Under the pieces are notes generated by a model. That model searched no databases and was not told the origin of the DNA. It saw only the letters and a program-made list of their open reading frames with translations. DNA of 64,000 nt. Source: an uncultured delta proteobacterium (GTDB taxonomy: Bacteria > Desulfobacterota > Binatia > UBA9968). The stretch covers positions 192,001 to 256,000 of the forward strand of contig CAWJBB010000041.1 of assembly GCA_963840855.1 (NCBI GenBank), read 5' to 3'. Shown here in pieces: positions 63,823 to 64,000 of this stretch. Numbering within the stretch: position 1 is the stretch's first letter; the number at the start of each line of letters is the position of its first letter. Made by a program: the position numbers and the translations under genes.

Positions 63823-63850
63823 TGTTACAGCAATATTAAGTTTATGTGAA
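63823..63850 (-). promoter_or_regulatory. Pho-box array upstream of ppx
   Basis: TGTTAC, TATTAA, TGTGAA at 63823, 63834, 63845 (11-bp period). Confidence 0.65.
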
Positions 63851-64000
63851 GTGTTTTGAAAATGACGAGGTTCTCTGATGCCATACAGGGCCGGCGCCGC
63901 TCTGTGATACGATCGTTCAAAATTGGCGTAGCTTGTGCAAATTTTATGCGACCACCAGTCATGGTGCTAGCGTGTCTCATACGCTTTCGGCGCTCGGGCG

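Overview
A GC-rich bacterial window. Its gene content (orphan ABC substrate-binding protein paralogues, Bug/TctC proteins, amidohydrolases, multi-GAF kinase) suggests Candidatus Binatia or a deltaproteobacterial relative; this is inference. Many single-base frameshifts, even in pstSCA, point to an imperfectly polished long-read assembly. There are four zones. (1) 1-26.9 kb is an accessory region. Four paralogous ABC substrate-binding genes are bracketed by seven co-oriented copies of a ~66-bp palindromic element and interleaved with aromatic-catabolism genes, an IS1595 transposase, gene relics and att-like scars. (2) 27.0-37.2 kb is a ~10.1-kb phage satellite (PICI-like) integrated in tRNA-Ser(GGA), with 64-bp att repeats. 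It carries an integrase, primase/helicase with iterons, a lone HK97-type capsid gene, a cos-like region and a secreted polymorphic toxin-immunity pair. (3) 37.2-49 kb holds core ffs-dnaX-ybaB-recR plus transport and catabolic genes. (4) 49.3-64 kb is a large phosphate/polyphosphate locus: pit, DUF47, phoR fused to a complete ArsC domain, phoB, phoU, pstBACS, a tandem pair of atypical thymidylate-kinase-fold proteins, CHAD, sixA, a catalytically dead ArsC homologue and ppx. 11-bp-period Pho-box arrays precede each apparent transcription unit of this locus.
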